Shown here: positions 29,401 through 45,090 of the stretch, piece after piece
Position numbering within the stretch: the first letter of the stretch is position 1
How the letters are laid out: each line of letters opens with the position of its first letter
Assembly: GCA_964016885.1 (NCBI GenBank)
Contig: OZ024743.1
Coordinates: 87,606,001-87,670,000, forward strand
Direction: 5' to 3'
Length of the DNA stretch: 64,000 bases
Origin: Eledone cirrhosa
Taxonomy: Eukaryota
Program-made: the position numbers and the translations under genes
Notes under the pieces: model-generated
Databases searched by the model: none
The model's input: the letters and a program-made list of their open reading frames with translations, nothing else
Told to the model about the DNA's origin: nothing

Positions 29401-32400
29401 ATACCATCACCAACAACAACAACAGCAGCAACAATACCATCACCAACAACAACAACAGCAGCAACAATACCATCACCAACAACTACAGCAGCAACAATAC
29501 CATCACCAACAACAACTACAGCAGCAACAATACCAACACCAACAACAACAACAGCAGGAACAATACCATCACCAACAACAACAACAGCAGCAACAATACC
29601 AACACCAACAACACCAACAGCAGCAACAATACCATCACCAACAACAACAACACCAGCAACAATACCATCACCAACAACTACAGCAGCAACAATACCATCA
29701 CCAACAACTACAGCAGCAACAATACCATCACCAACAACTACAGCAGCAACAATACCATCACCAACAACATCAGCAGCAACAATACCATCACCAACAACTA
29801 CAGCAGCAACAATACCATCACCAACAACAACTACAGCAGCAACAATACCAACACCAACAACAACAACAACAGCAGGAACAATACCATCACCAACAACAAC
29901 AACAGCAGCAACAATACCATCACCAACAACAACAACAGCAGGAACAATACCATCACCAACTACAGCAGCAACAATACCATCACCAACAACAAATACAGCA
30001 GCAACAATACCATCACCAACAGCAGCAACAGCAGCAACAATACCATCACCAACAACAGCAACAGCAGCAACAATACCATCACCAACAACAGCAGCAGCAG
30101 CAACAATACCATCACCAACAACAGCAACGTCAGCAACAATACCATCACCAACAACCACGACAGCAGCAACAGCAGCAACAATACCATCACCAACAACAAC
30201 AACAGCAGCAACAATACCATCACCAACAACAACAACAGCAGCAACAATACCATCACCAACAACCACAACAGCAGCAACAATACCAGCACCAACAACAACA
30301 ACAGCAGCAACAATACCATCACCAACAACAACTACAGCAGCAACAATACCATCACCAACAACAACAACAGCAGCAACAATACCAACACCAACAACAACAG
30401 CAGCAACAATACCAACACCAACAACAACAACAGCAGCAACAATACCATCACCAACAACCACAACAGCAGCAACAATACCAACACCAACAACAACAACAGC
30501 AGCAACAATACCATCACCAACAACAACAACAGCAGCAACAATACCATCACCAACAACCACAACAGCAGCAACAATACCAACACCAACAACAACAGCAGCA
30601 ACAATACCAACACCAACAACAACAACAGCAGCAACAATACCATCACCAACAACCACAACAGCAGCAACAATACCATCACCAACTACAGCAGCAACAATAC
30701 CATCACCAACAACCACAACAGCAGCAACAATACCATCACCAACTACAGCAGCAACAATACCATCACCAACAACCACAACAGCAGCAACAATACCAACACC
30801 AACAACAACAACAGCAGCAACAATACCATCACCAACAACCACAACAGCAGCAACAATACCATGACCAACTACAGCAGCAACAATACCATCACCAACAACC
30901 ACAACAGCAGCAACAATACCATCACCAACAACCACAACAGCAGCAACAATACCAACACCAACAACAACAGCAGCAACAATACCAACACCAACAACCACAA
31001 CAGCAGCAACAATACCAACACCAACAACAACAACAGCAGCAACAATACCATCACCAACAACAACAACAGCAGCAACAATACCATCACCAACAACCACAAC
31101 AGCAGCAACAATACCAACACCAACAACAACAGCAGCAACAATACCATCACCAACAACAACAACAGCAGCAACAATACCATCACCAACAACAATGACAGCA
31201 GCAACAATACCATCACCAACAACAGCAACGTCAGCAACAATACCATCACCAACAACAACTACAGCAGCAACAATACCATCACCAACAACAGCAGCAACAA
31301 TACCATCACCAACAACCACAACAGCAGCAACAATACCATCACCAACTACAGCAGCAACAATACCATCACCAACAACAACAACAGCAGCAACAATACCATC
31401 ACCATCAACAACAACAGCAGCAACAATACCATCACCAACAACAGCAACGTCAGCAACAATACCATCACCAACAACAACTACAGCAGCAACAATACCATCA
31501 CCAACAACAGCAGCAACAATACCATCACCAACAACAACAACAGCAGCAACAATACCATCACCAACAACAGCAACGTCAGCAATAATACCATCACCAACAA
31601 CCTCAACAGCAGCAACAATACCATCACCAACTACAGCAGCAACAATACCATCACCAACAACAACTACAGCAGCAACAATACCATCACCAACAACAACAAC
31701 AGCAGCAACAATACCAACACCAACAACAGCAACAGCAGCAACAATACCATCACCAACAACAACAACAGCAGCAACAATACCAACACCAACAACAGCAACA
31801 GCAGCAACAATACCATCACCAACAACAACAACAGCAGCAACAATACCAACACCAACAACAGCAACAGCAGCAACAATACCATCACCAACAACAGCAACAG
31901 CAGCAACAATACCATCACCAACAACAGCAACGTCAGCAACAATACCATCACCAACAACAGCAACGTCAGCAACAATACCATCACCAACAACAACAACAGC
32001 AGCAACAATACCATCACCAACAACAACAACAGCAGCAACAATACCAACACCAACAACAACAACAGCAGGAACAATACCATCACCAACAACAACAACAGCA
32101 GCAACAATACCAACAACAGCAACAGCAGCAACAATACCATCACCAACTACAGCAACGTCAGCAACAATACCATCACCAACAACAGCAACGTCAGCAACAA
32201 TACCATCACCAACAACAGCAACAGCAGCAACAATACCAACACCAACAACAACAACAGCAGCAACAATACCATCACCAACAACAACTACAGCAGCAACAAT
32301 ACCATCACCAACAACAACAACAGCAGCAACAATACCATCACCAACAACAACTACAGCAGCAACAATACCATCACCAACAACAGCAGCAACAATACCATCA

Positions 32401-35400
32401 CCAACAACAGCAACGTCAGCAACAATACCATCACCAACAACAGCAACGTCAGCAATAATACCATCACCAACAACAGCAACAGCAGCAACAATACCAACAC
32501 CAACAACAACAACAGCAGCAACAATACCATCACCAACAACAGCAACGTCAGCAACAATACCATCACCAACAACAACAACAGCAGCAACAATACCATCACC
32601 AACAACAACAACAGCAGCAACAATACCATCACCAACAACAGCAACGTCAGCAACAATACCATCACCAACAACAACAACAGCAGCAACAATACCATCACCA
32701 ACAACAGCAACGTCAGCAAAAATACCATCACCAACAACAACTACAGCAGCAACAATACCATCACCAACAACAACAACAGCAGCAACAATACCATCACCAA
32801 CAACAACTACAGCAGCAACAATACCATCACCAACAACAGCAGCAACAATACCCATCACCAACAACAGCAACGTCAGCAACAATACCATCACCAACAACAG
32901 CAACGTCAGTAACAATACCATCACCAACAACAGCAACAGCAGCAACAATACCAACACCAACAACAACAACAGCAGCAACAATACCATCACCAACAACAGC
33001 AACGTCAGCAACAATACCATCACCAACAACAACAACAGCAGCAACAATACCATCACCAACAACAACAACAGCAGCAACAATACCATCACCAACAACAGCA
33101 ACGTCAGCAACAATACCATCACCAACAACAACAACAGCAGCAACAATACCATCACCAACAGCAACAGCAGCAGCAACAATACCATCACCAACAACAACTA
33201 CAGCAGCAACAATACCATCACCAACAACAACACCAGCAGCAACAATACCATCACCAACTACAGCAACGCCAGCAACAATACCATCACCAACAACTACAGC
33301 AGCAACAATACCATCACCAACAACAACTACAGCAGCAGCAATACCATCACCAACAACAGCAACACCAGCAACAATACCATCACCAACAACAACAACACCA
33401 GCAACAACACCATCACCAACAACAACAACAGCAGCAACAATACCAACACCAACAACAACAACAGCAGGAACAATACCATCACCAACAACAACAACAGCAG
33501 CAACAATACCAACACCAACAACAGCAACAGCAGCAACAATACCATCACCAACTACAGCAACGTCAGCAACAATACCATCACCAACAACAGCAACGTCAGC
33601 AACAATACCATCACCAACAACAGCAACAGCAGCAACAATACCAACACCAACAACAGCAACAGCAGCAACAATACCATCACCAACAACAACTACAGCAGCA
33701 ACAATACCATCACCAACAACAGCAGCAACAATACCATCACCAACAACAGCAACGTCAGCAACAATACCATCACCAACAACAGCAACGTCAGCAACAATAC
33801 CATCACCAACAACAGCAACAGCAGCAACAATACCAACACCAACAACAACAACAGCAGCAACAATACCATCACCAACAACAGCAACGTCAGCAACAATACC
33901 ATCACCAACAACAACAACAGCAGCAACAATACCATCACCAACAACAACAACAGCAGCAACAATACCATCACCAACAACAGCAACGTCAGCAACAATACCA
34001 TCACCAACAACAACAACAGCAGCAACAATACCATCACCAACAACAGCAACGTCAGCAACAATACCATCACCAACAACAACTACAGCAGCAACAATACCAT
34101 CACCAACAACAACAACAGCAGCAACAATACCATCACCAACAACTACAGCAGCAACAATACCATCACCAACAACAACAACAGCAGCAACAATACCATCACC
34201 AACAACAACAGCAGCAGCAACAATACCATCACCAACAACAACTACAGCAGCAACAATACCATCACCAACAACAACAACAGCAGCAACAATACCATCACCA
34301 ACAACAACAGCAGCAGCAACAATACCATCACCAACAACAACTACAGCAGCAACAATACCATCACCAACAACAACAACAGCAGCAACAATACCATCACCAA
34401 CAACAACTACAGCAGCAACAATACCATCACCAACAACAACTACAGCAGCAACAATACCATCACCAACAACAACAACAGCAGCAACAATACCATCACCAAC
34501 AACAACAGCAGCAGCAACAATACCATCACCAACAACAACTACAGCAGCAACAATACCATCACCAACAACAACAACAGCAGCAACAATACCATCACCAACA
34601 ACAACAGCAGCAGCAACAATACCATCACCAACAACAACTACAGCAGCAACAATACCATCACCAACAACAACAACAGCAGCAACAATACCATCACCAACAA
34701 CAACAGCAGCAGCAACAATACCATCACCAACAACAACTACAGCAGCAACAATACCATCACCAACAACAACAACAGCAGCAACAATACCATCACCAACAAC
34801 AACTACAGCAGCAACAATACCATCACCAACAACAGCAACGTCAGCAACAATACCATCACCAACAACAACAACAGCAGCAACAATACCATCACCAACAACA
34901 ACAACAGCAGCAACAATACCATCACCAACAACAACTACAGCAGCAACAATACCATCACCAACAACAACAACAGCAGCAACAATACCATCACCAACAACAA
35001 CAGCAGCAGCAACAATACCATCACCAACAACAACTACAGCAGCAACAATACCATCACCAACAACAACAACAGCAGCAACAATACCATCACCAACAACTAC
35101 AGCAGCAACAATACCATCACCAACAACAACAGCAGCAGCAACAATACCATCACCAACAACAGCAACGTCAGCAACAATACCATCACCAACAACAGCAACG
35201 TCAGCAACAATACCATCACCAACAACAACAACAGCAGCAACAATACCATCACCAACAACAACTACAGCAGCAACAATACCATCACCAACAACAACTACAG
35301 CAGCAACAATACCATCACCAACAACAACAACAGCAGCAACAATACCATCACCAACAACTACAGCAGCAACAATACCATCACCAACAACAACAACAGCAGC

Positions 35401-36641
35401 AACAATACCATCACCAACAACTACAGCAGCAACAATACCATCACCAACAACAACAGCAGCAGCAACAATACCATCACCAACAACAACAACAGCAGCAACA
35501 ATACCATCACCAACAACTACAGCAGCAACAATACCATCAGCAACAACAACAGCAGCAGCAACAATACCATCACCAACAACAACAACAGCAGCAACAATAC
35601 CATCACCAACAACAACAGCAGCAGCAACAATACCATCACTAACAACAACTACAGCAGCAACAATACCATCACCAACAACAACAGCAGCAGCAACAATACC
35701 ATCACCAACAACAACTACAGCAGCAACAATACCATCACCAACAACAGCAACACCAGCAACAATACCATCACCAACAACAACAGCAGCAACAATACCATCA
35801 CCAACAACAACAACAGCAGCAACAATACCATCACCAACAACAGCAACGTCAGCAACAATACCATCACCAACAACAACAACACCAGCAACAATACCATCAC
35901 CAACAACAACAACAGCAGCAACAATACCATCACCAACAACAACAACACCAGCAACAATACCATCACCAACAACAACAACAGCAACAACAATACCATCACC
36001 AACAACAACAACAGCAGCAACAATACCATCACCAACAACAACTACAGCAGCAACAATACCATCACCAACAACAGCAACACCAGCAACAACACCATCACCA
36101 ACAAAACAGCAGCAACAGCAGCAACAATACCATCACCAACAACAACAGCAGCAACAGCAGCACCAATACCATCACCAACAACAACAGCAGCAACAGCAGC
36201 AACAATACCATCACCAACAACAACAGCAGCAACAGCAGCAACAATACCATCACCAACAACAACAGCAGCAACAGCAGCAACAATACCATCACCAACAACA
36301 ACAGCAGCAACAGCAGCAACAATACCATCACCAACAACAACAGCAGCAACAGCAGCAACAATACCATCACCAACAACAACAGCAGCAACAGCAGCAACAA
36401 TACCACCACCACCAACAACAGCAGCAGCAGCAGCAACAATACCATCACCAACAACAACAGCAGCAACAGCAGCAACAATACCATCACCAACAACAACAGC
36501 AGCAACAGCAGCAACAATATCATCACCAACAACAACAGCAGCAACAGCAGCAACAATACCATCACCAACAACAACTACAGCCAATACAATAGCAGTACCA
36601 ACACTACCACTACCACCAACAACAACAACAGCAACAACAAC
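20426..36641. repeat. ~16.2 kb triplet-derived minisatellite (27/30/33 bp units, 39 bp at the right end) with kb-scale higher-order duplications
   Basis: Unit (ACA)2-4 GCA GCA ACA ATA CCA TCA CCA; rare variants recur at spacings of 3183, 1761 and 4944 bp. Confidence 0.97.
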
Positions 36642-37264
36642 AGAAATGAAAAGTAAAATTCGTTGATGAAAAAAAATTCATAAACACGCGAAATAGATGA
36701 AATCCTATGAAAAGATTGAGGGAAAGAAAAAATTAATATGAAAAGCATGTATGATAATGAGCTGTAAATAATAGGGGAGAACGTATTATTGCTTTCATTG
36801 TTCATCTCTCTAATAAGTAGTAGGAACTCATCTCTACTCATGTCTACTACATATGCTCCTACAAATTCCTTGAAATCCCTTCACATTCCTTCACATTTCA
36901 GTATATTCCTTCACATACGTTCACATTCCTTGAAATTCAGTTTAAATTCACTTTACATTTACTTTTCAGTCACGCATTCAATGAGCAGACGACACAGCAA
37001 CGGCCATTTTGCTTTCACGTTTATTTTTTTTCTTTCTCTTTCTAACTTTTCGTTGTAAAACGGTTTCTCACACCTGATGTGTGTTTCGCAAATACATTCT
37101 CTTTATATCATATCTATCTAACTACCTACCTACCTACCTACCTACCTACCTACCTACCTACCTATCTATCTACCTACCTACCTACCTATCTATCTACCTA
37201 CCTATCTACCAATGTATCTACCTACCTATCTACCTATGTATCTACCTAACTCTCTACCCCCCCC

Positions 37265-37299
<35 letters not shown>

Positions 37300-37501
37300 A
37301 CGAAGGAGTTGTGGTAAGGAACCAGATGGACCATAACGCACCCGAGTACTCAATACTTAGAGTAGTAGAGTGGGAAATATGAAAAAGTATGACCTCGACG
37401 GCAGAGCTCAAGCCGTTTTGACGGCTATTTCTGGACTGCTATTTCAGTCCAGAAATAGCCGTCGAAACGGCTTGAGCTCTGCCGTCGGGGTCATACTTTT
37501 T

Positions 37502-37503
<2 letters not shown>
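37300..37503 (-). mobile_element. Fold-back element in (TA)n, same family as 15553-15741
   Basis: Inverted repeat 37381-37502; the tail 37300-37380 is the reverse complement of 15661-15741 with a few substitutions. Confidence 0.8.
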
Positions 37504-39370
<1,867 letters not shown>

Positions 39371-40529
39371 GTTGTGCTGCATTTATATTTGTATTTATAA
39401 TGCAGTGTCAGTCAAATGATCGTGTGGGCTATTATTGGTGCATTATTAGACCCAACTCAACTCCTCAGCTCCACGTGGTATAGAAAATTATGGAAATTAC
39501 TTTTGAAAAAAAATTGTTTTTTCTAAACTTCCGACGATTCGTTGAAGTGAATTAACTGTACATATAAAATGTGAATTATTTCGCTGTAGATGCCTCTTGT
39601 GTAACATTGAAATAGTCAGAAATATCATGATTTTGTTTGAAATTAAAGGAGATATAAAATGTAGTGTGTTGGAGGAACATAACGTGGTTGGGAAAGGAGA
39701 AGGTGAATGTAGAAAGAAAAAATAAACTCAGAGAGTGATAAAAGAAGGAAAGGTGGGAGATGAAGCGATGTTACATATCTGTGTATTTGTGGATTTGACG
39801 AAGTGTCTGCATTTCTCGAATATCTCAGATCTAGCATTTAAATTTGATGTAATAATACCCTTGTCCTCTCATTGCAGATATCACATATTTTGTTTCCAAT
39901 TTTATAGGGTCTGGATCTTTCTTGGATTTTCCAGATGTCATCGATGAAAGAAAGATGTATGCTCATAAAATCTTTGTTTAAATTTACTTTTCGCCCTGTA
40001 AAAAAAAGTAAATGTTAAATTTACTTTTCGCCATATGTGTTACAACTGGATTGGGTTCTGTAGAACTGAATTGTTTCTTACTTCCAAGATATGTCTAGTG
40101 CGCATGTACTTGTGTTCCTGTATAAGCATTTACCTTCAATTTCAATATTGTTGGAGGGTGCGTAATATATTTTACAAGATTGTGATACATCTATAGCTAA
40201 GTCGTTTGGAAGCCTCGACAATGCAAATGGGTAAATCTCCGGGTAACAAGATCCGGTGGTGGAGAGAGAGATGTAAGTGGGTGTACGTTGAGATGCGTGG
40301 CGTGTATAAGACGTGTAGAGGAATGAAGGAAAGAGCATAAAGGATAAAATTAAAATAACAACACGAGAGAGTTACCTTGGGAGAGATTTAATTGTCCCTA
40401 TATATTTCGGATTCACATCCATCAACTGGGGTTTTTTCCGGGGTGGGGAAAAGGTTGTCTGTCGGAAAGGTGCGAAACGCGTCCTCCGCTGTTCGTTGTT
40501 TTGAATATCTGAGGTTTTCAGCAGAGCGC

Positions 40530-40920
40530 GCGTGCGCGTGAAATGGGGTCGGTCGGGCAGAGTCTCGGACCACGTCAGTAACTTCCTGTGTACACTTCTT
40601 GGGTCATCCAGAGTGAGTAGGACGCGCCTCAGGCATTGTATTGAGATTCTCCTCAGTTCCATAGGTCTCAAACTTCTCCAAACAGTTTTGTATATTGTCT
40701 TTGAAGAGAGATTTGTCCGTTCCTAAAAATGCACGAAATTGCTCCTTGATCTGTTTGTAGAAGCCACATTTATAGTATTGTTTCATACAGAACATCTGGA
40801 TTATTGTTCTCTTCTCAGGCGTTGTATCTGTCATGTCTTGAAATTTAAGGTTGATCGGTTTGAAAATGAATTTACACTGACACAAAACGTATGCGGGGCC
40901 AGTTTTTTAGTCACCCAGTA
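40530..40920 (-). mobile_element. Tc1/mariner-like DNA transposon 5' remnant (TIR plus N-terminal HTH region)
   Basis: The minus strand begins TA|CTGGGTGACTAAAAAACTGG; ORF reads QFRAFLG...IQNCLEKFETYGT...HSG*PKKCTQEVTDVVRDS, resembling F...F...I....KF..TG...SGRP..T.E...VR. Confidence 0.55.
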
Positions 40921-40924
40921 TATA

Positions 40925-41412
40925 TTTTTTTGCTTCTTGTTGGGGAAGAGTATGCAAATGTTGTCTTTGAATTCGTTAACTAGTATGGCTTTGTTATAGT
41001 AGGGGGCTATCGTATCCAATATTTCCTTATTGAAAGACAGAGATTCTTCTGTTAATGTTGTACTTGAGGTTCTTAAAACTATTACGACATAGCATGATCC
41101 TACGTAAATATAAGAGAGTTTTTCGTTTGGTTTACTGAAGTTTTATTCAAGCTATTTGTTAAATCAAGTGTTAACATCGAAGAAGCCAGTAGTAGTTAAG
41201 TTAGTGGCTAAATTTATTGATGTTGTCCTTTTTAAACTTGTCTAAAACGAGGACAATGCTACTTTTAGTTATAACTAACCCATCATCCATGTAAAGACTA
41301 ATGTCTATAGTAGTAAATTTCTTAGCAAGTACATCTAAGATGCTGCATAATCCTATAATGTCGCATATATTCACATTGTCATATGAATTCATATTTACTT
41401 GGAAGGAATCTG
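40925..41412 (-). mobile_element. Degraded Penelope-like RT fragment (Hydra-type by motif)
   Basis: MNSYDNVNICDIIGL..ILD...SLYMDDGL (cf. MGSYDGAE.C.LVGL...GLYRDDGL), a frameshifted GFFDV, and IAPYYNKAIL. Confidence 0.65.
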
Positions 41413-41436
41413 CTATATATATATTATATATAATAT

Positions 41437-42400
41437 ACACACCCACAAATTTAAAAACCCCAGTTTAGCTAAATCTATGGCCCTGGCGAAAAACATCTGG
41501 GATCTGAAACGCGCTAATATGGAATACACATTACAATAGTCCCTTCTAAAATTCGCCCGTCCATACCGGAATGAAAGACGCCTATGTGAACTATGTTTGG
41601 CGGCGAAGGTAATTGAAATAGCTACCGGAAAGGACCTTATAAATTCCCGGCATGATAGGATATTTAACTGCAAAAACAAGGTTCTAAAAACCTTCGCTAA
41701 ACACAAACTGAACTAGAACAAGGTTCTATCCCTAATACTTAGGTTTTACTATATCCTATTTGGTACATTTCCTGTGGCATTTGAGCTTTTCACACCCAAT
41801 GGATTCAGTAATATTCAATACAATCCCATTTTCTTAATTCCTTTCATCCTTACCCACTCTAGTCTACTCTTAATTTCTACCTTATCTTTTTCTGTCCCTC
41901 TCTTTATACCTTCTTTACCCTCACATATGGTAAACATCAAAACCTTCACCTATAACAATGGTCAAAGAATAATTGTTTCGCATCACAGCACACGGATTGA
42001 TAATGTGAAACTCTTTACCCCACTCCCTCTCCTCTCTACTATCACACTAACCTACTGTAATTCATGCTATTTTTAGCTGGTTTACATTTTCTTAAACGAA
42101 AATCTCATTACTGAATTCTACCGCGTAGTAAATAGTTGAATTCCACTACTATAAGCTTTCTGACGAAGTGTAATAAATAATTAAGTATTGCATATGATTG
42201 AACAATATATATTGTAGTCAGCATATGTAGACAATTTATAATAGACACAGAAACATATGTCAAAGCAAATAAATTCATAATCTTTTCACGCCGACGTTTT
42301 CTTTTTCTTTGTGCAATACTTGCTTATATTAATATACTCCGTGATCTATTCTGGACCTATATACCATATTCTCTTGCTTATACGATTCAAAGGATACCGT
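41437..42400 (+). mobile_element. Penelope-like element 3' fragment: GIY-YIG C-terminal half plus 3' UTR with a hammerhead
   Basis: 41437-41715 reads HKFKNP...ALAKNIWDLK...ARPYRNERRLCELCLAAK...LINSRHD..FNC, the same motif set as 14960-15200. Confidence 0.7.
42155..42266 (+). ncRNA. Type I hammerhead ribozyme motif with a greatly extended stem II
   Basis: GCTTT-CTGACGA-AGTGT[~73 nt]ACAC A-GAA-AC ATAT GT-C-AAAGC: stem I GCTTT/AAAGC, palindromic ATAT loop III, GUC cleavage triplet. Confidence 0.7.
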
Positions 42401-42484
42401 TGAGTCAAACTCTCTGGTAAACAGCTTTCTTGTTTAAACATTCATTCCTGATATACATAAACAAAATCTTATCTACTTTCATAT

Positions 42485-42561
42485 ATTACCCACTCTACTA
42501 CCCTAAGTATTGAGTACTCTGGTGCGTTATGGTCCATTTGGTTCCTTACCACAATTCCTTC

Positions 42562-42563
<2 letters not shown>
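42485..42563 (+). mobile_element. Tail-only copy of the 15553/37300 fold-back family, abutting (TA)n
   Basis: Near-identical to 15663-15741. Confidence 0.8.
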
Positions 42564-42633
<70 letters not shown>

Positions 42634-42828
42634 GTCCCCCAAAATTGTATACTATAATTGGGTTCTATATTGAACAGTATGGTTTTTCTAGCAAACATTA
42701 TTATTTTAACAAGCAGAAAAACCGCCCTTCCGGCGGTTTTCTGCTAACATATGTAGTGTGCATATTGGTATTATACGCAAATATATATGCATATAGATAT
42801 ATGTAAATTGAAAAGTAAATTGACAATA

Positions 42829-43497
42829 TCTTCTTCTTCACCCACTTATTTCTGAGAGGGTCGTGGGGCCAGAGCCCTTCTCAAATACTCCTTCCAGTCT
42901 GTCAGTAGCAAACATCTCTAACTGATCCAGCTGGATCCCAAAGCGTGACCAGCCAAGCTCATGGATGTTATCCAACTATCTTGCTCAAGGTCTACCTCTG
43001 GGTCTCTTGCCGGTTGGTTTTGCCTGTAAAATGTGTCCAGCGACTGAGACATTCTAACCACATGCTCATAATATCGGAGTTGTGATCTCTCAATTCGGAG
43101 AAGTAGCGGTTCTACCAGGAGTGACTCTCTGGTCGTTGAGCTATGCACTTTATCGAGTAACGTTACTCCAAAGACCCTTCGGAGGAATCCCATTTCTGCC
43201 GTTTTTATTTGCAATTGTATTCTTTTGGTCATTACTCAAGATTCATGATCCTCGGTAAGAGTTGGCAGGAATACCAGGAAGACAGCGAGTTTGGCTTTTA
43301 CACCTACCCCCTTCATCTGATAGCTGAGGCTGGTGCTTGACGGCATCAGCTTTTGCAATTCTTGCACTTAATTCAGCTTCCTGCATTCCATCACTCATAA
43401 ACACGGCTCCAAGATACTTGAACTTCTCTAACTGCTTCAGTAGAACTCCATTCACATGTATATAAATTTGAGGGACTTCTGTCCACCCGTTCATCAC
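42829..43497 (-). mobile_element. 5'-truncated RTE (BovB/Expander-like) LINE fragment with a (GAA)n tail
   Basis: LKQLEKFKYLG...ELSARIAKA; IKTAEMGFLRRVFGVTLLDKV...VEPLLLRIERSQLRYYEHVVRM; tail TCTTCTTCTTC. Confidence 0.9.
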
Positions 43498-43661
43498 ACA
43501 GTGTGTATGTGTGTTTGTGTGAATGTATGTGTGTGTAAAAGGAAGGAAATGGATACAAACATATATATGTCTAACTTAAAACAGTGACACACACACACGT
43601 CTCTAATTTAAGAACGCCGATAAACTCACGCGCGCGCACATTCACACATTGTCCTATTACC

Positions 43662-44338
43662 ACTTAAGAGCTTTGGCCCGGGTAAACATCCCCTCAATTT
43701 TGTAACCTATGGGTTGTCCTGAATTGATGGGAAAAGACTTGACGGTCTTACTCTGTGCTCCTTGTCAAGAGGCAGGTGCCTTACCTGTTAGTGACTCTTT
43801 TGCTTCTTCCCATATTCTGGATGCAGCAGTAAGGGCGAGAGCTACAGCATCCGCAGCTGAACGGAACAAAATCCTAAAATACCGTGTCAGCCTGTGGCGT
43901 TCGAGACGTTTGGGGGAGTCGGGCTACTGACAGCGAGGTTCTTATCTTCACTGGCGGCTCGCCAAACAGAGGTAAATGGGGATGCTCGTGAGGGCACTTG
44001 GTTGTTCCAGCACCTCAGCCACTCCATCACCCCAGGTAACGCTGCGAGCGTGCTGGCTTGCCTCAAAAATTATTAGGGAGGTTTCCCAGTGCTCCTCGCT
44101 ATATTGCTATCTTTTGCTCTGGTAGCGGCTCGTTTTTTCACCCTTTCGTCTGCATATTGTTCTATGGGGTCTAAGATGTGTGTATTACCTGCTTGTGTAT
44201 TTTTTCTCTTTCTTTATTTCCCTTTCCCTTTCCTTTGTATATATTATATTTGTTAGTGTTTTCGTTCTGTAACCATTATATTAAATGAGTTTTTTAAAAA
44301 AGAGTTAAATAAATAAAGAATTAATAAATAAATAAAAC
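43662..44338 (+). mobile_element. CRE-like non-LTR 3' fragment (RLE domain) with a (TAAA)n tail
   Basis: RALARVNIPSIL*PMG..DGKRLDGLTL..SRGRCL / DSFASSHI...AAERNKILKY / AFETFGGVG...RE..WLFQHLS..ITPGNAASVL. Confidence 0.75.
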
Positions 44339-44389
44339 GTTATACTTGTTTTACCCTCCCATTTCCACTTCACCGAACGCTGCTATCAT

Positions 44390-44615
44390 GACTGTATGTG
44401 TGTGATTGTGTAAATGTATATGTGTGAATGTATGTATGTTTGTGTGAAAGTGTGTGTGAATGTATGTATATTTGTGTGAATGTATGTATGTTTGTGTAAA
44501 TCTATGTGTGAATGTATGTATATTTGTGTGAAAGTATGTATATTTGTGTGAATGTATGTGTATTTGTGTGAATGTATGTATATTTGTATGAATGTATGCG
44601 TATTTGTGTGAATTA
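44390..44615. repeat. ~20-bp repeat (GTGAATGTATGTATATTTGT)n
   Basis: Visible tandem units. Confidence 0.8.
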
Positions 44616-44928
44616 TGTCCGTGAGAGTGTATTTTTATAAGTTTGTGTTTGCGCGATTATAGTTATATACTCATAATAGTTATATACTCATAATAGTTAT
44701 ATACTCATACATATAGATCTATCAATGTGCACACTCATACGATTCAGCGTGTAGAAAATCATAATCTCTCTATCTCTCTCATCACACAATCTCTCTTTCT
44801 ATATATATATATGGTTGGTAGTTGAAGTGGTAGGGGTGGCGACGATATACCGGAAGTGCAACTTTGAAAAGAAGTCAATTTGAAATTATTTATTTTTACG
44901 AAATTATCATTCATTGTTTATTTTTTAG

Positions 44929-45090
44929 AGAGTCGGACGCCATGCTTTCCAGCATAGTTACGTCTCTTTTACGGTCTGAGTTCAAATCCCACCGAGGTTA
45001 ACTTTGCCTTTCATCCTTACGGGGTCTATAAAATAAAGTACCATTAATGTACTGGGTAATTGCTGGCTTTGTGTCAAAAGTAGAAACAAT
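44929..45090 (+). mobile_element. tRNA-derived SINE (main family)
   Basis: GAGTTCAAATCCCACCGAGGTTAACTTTGCCTTTCATCCTTACGGGGTC. Confidence 0.9.

Noticed and set aside
20131-33197. Giant minus-strand (VVGDGIVAA)n ORFs and poly-L or poly-N ORFs
   Set aside because: They are alternative-frame read-outs of a triplet-based array that lacks stop codons by composition.
40455-40490. GAAACGCGTC as hammerhead stem III
   Set aside because: No upstream CUGANGA or stem I.
42628-42700. Mariner-like TIR fragment after (TA)n
   Set aside because: Too short and degenerate, with no partner end found.
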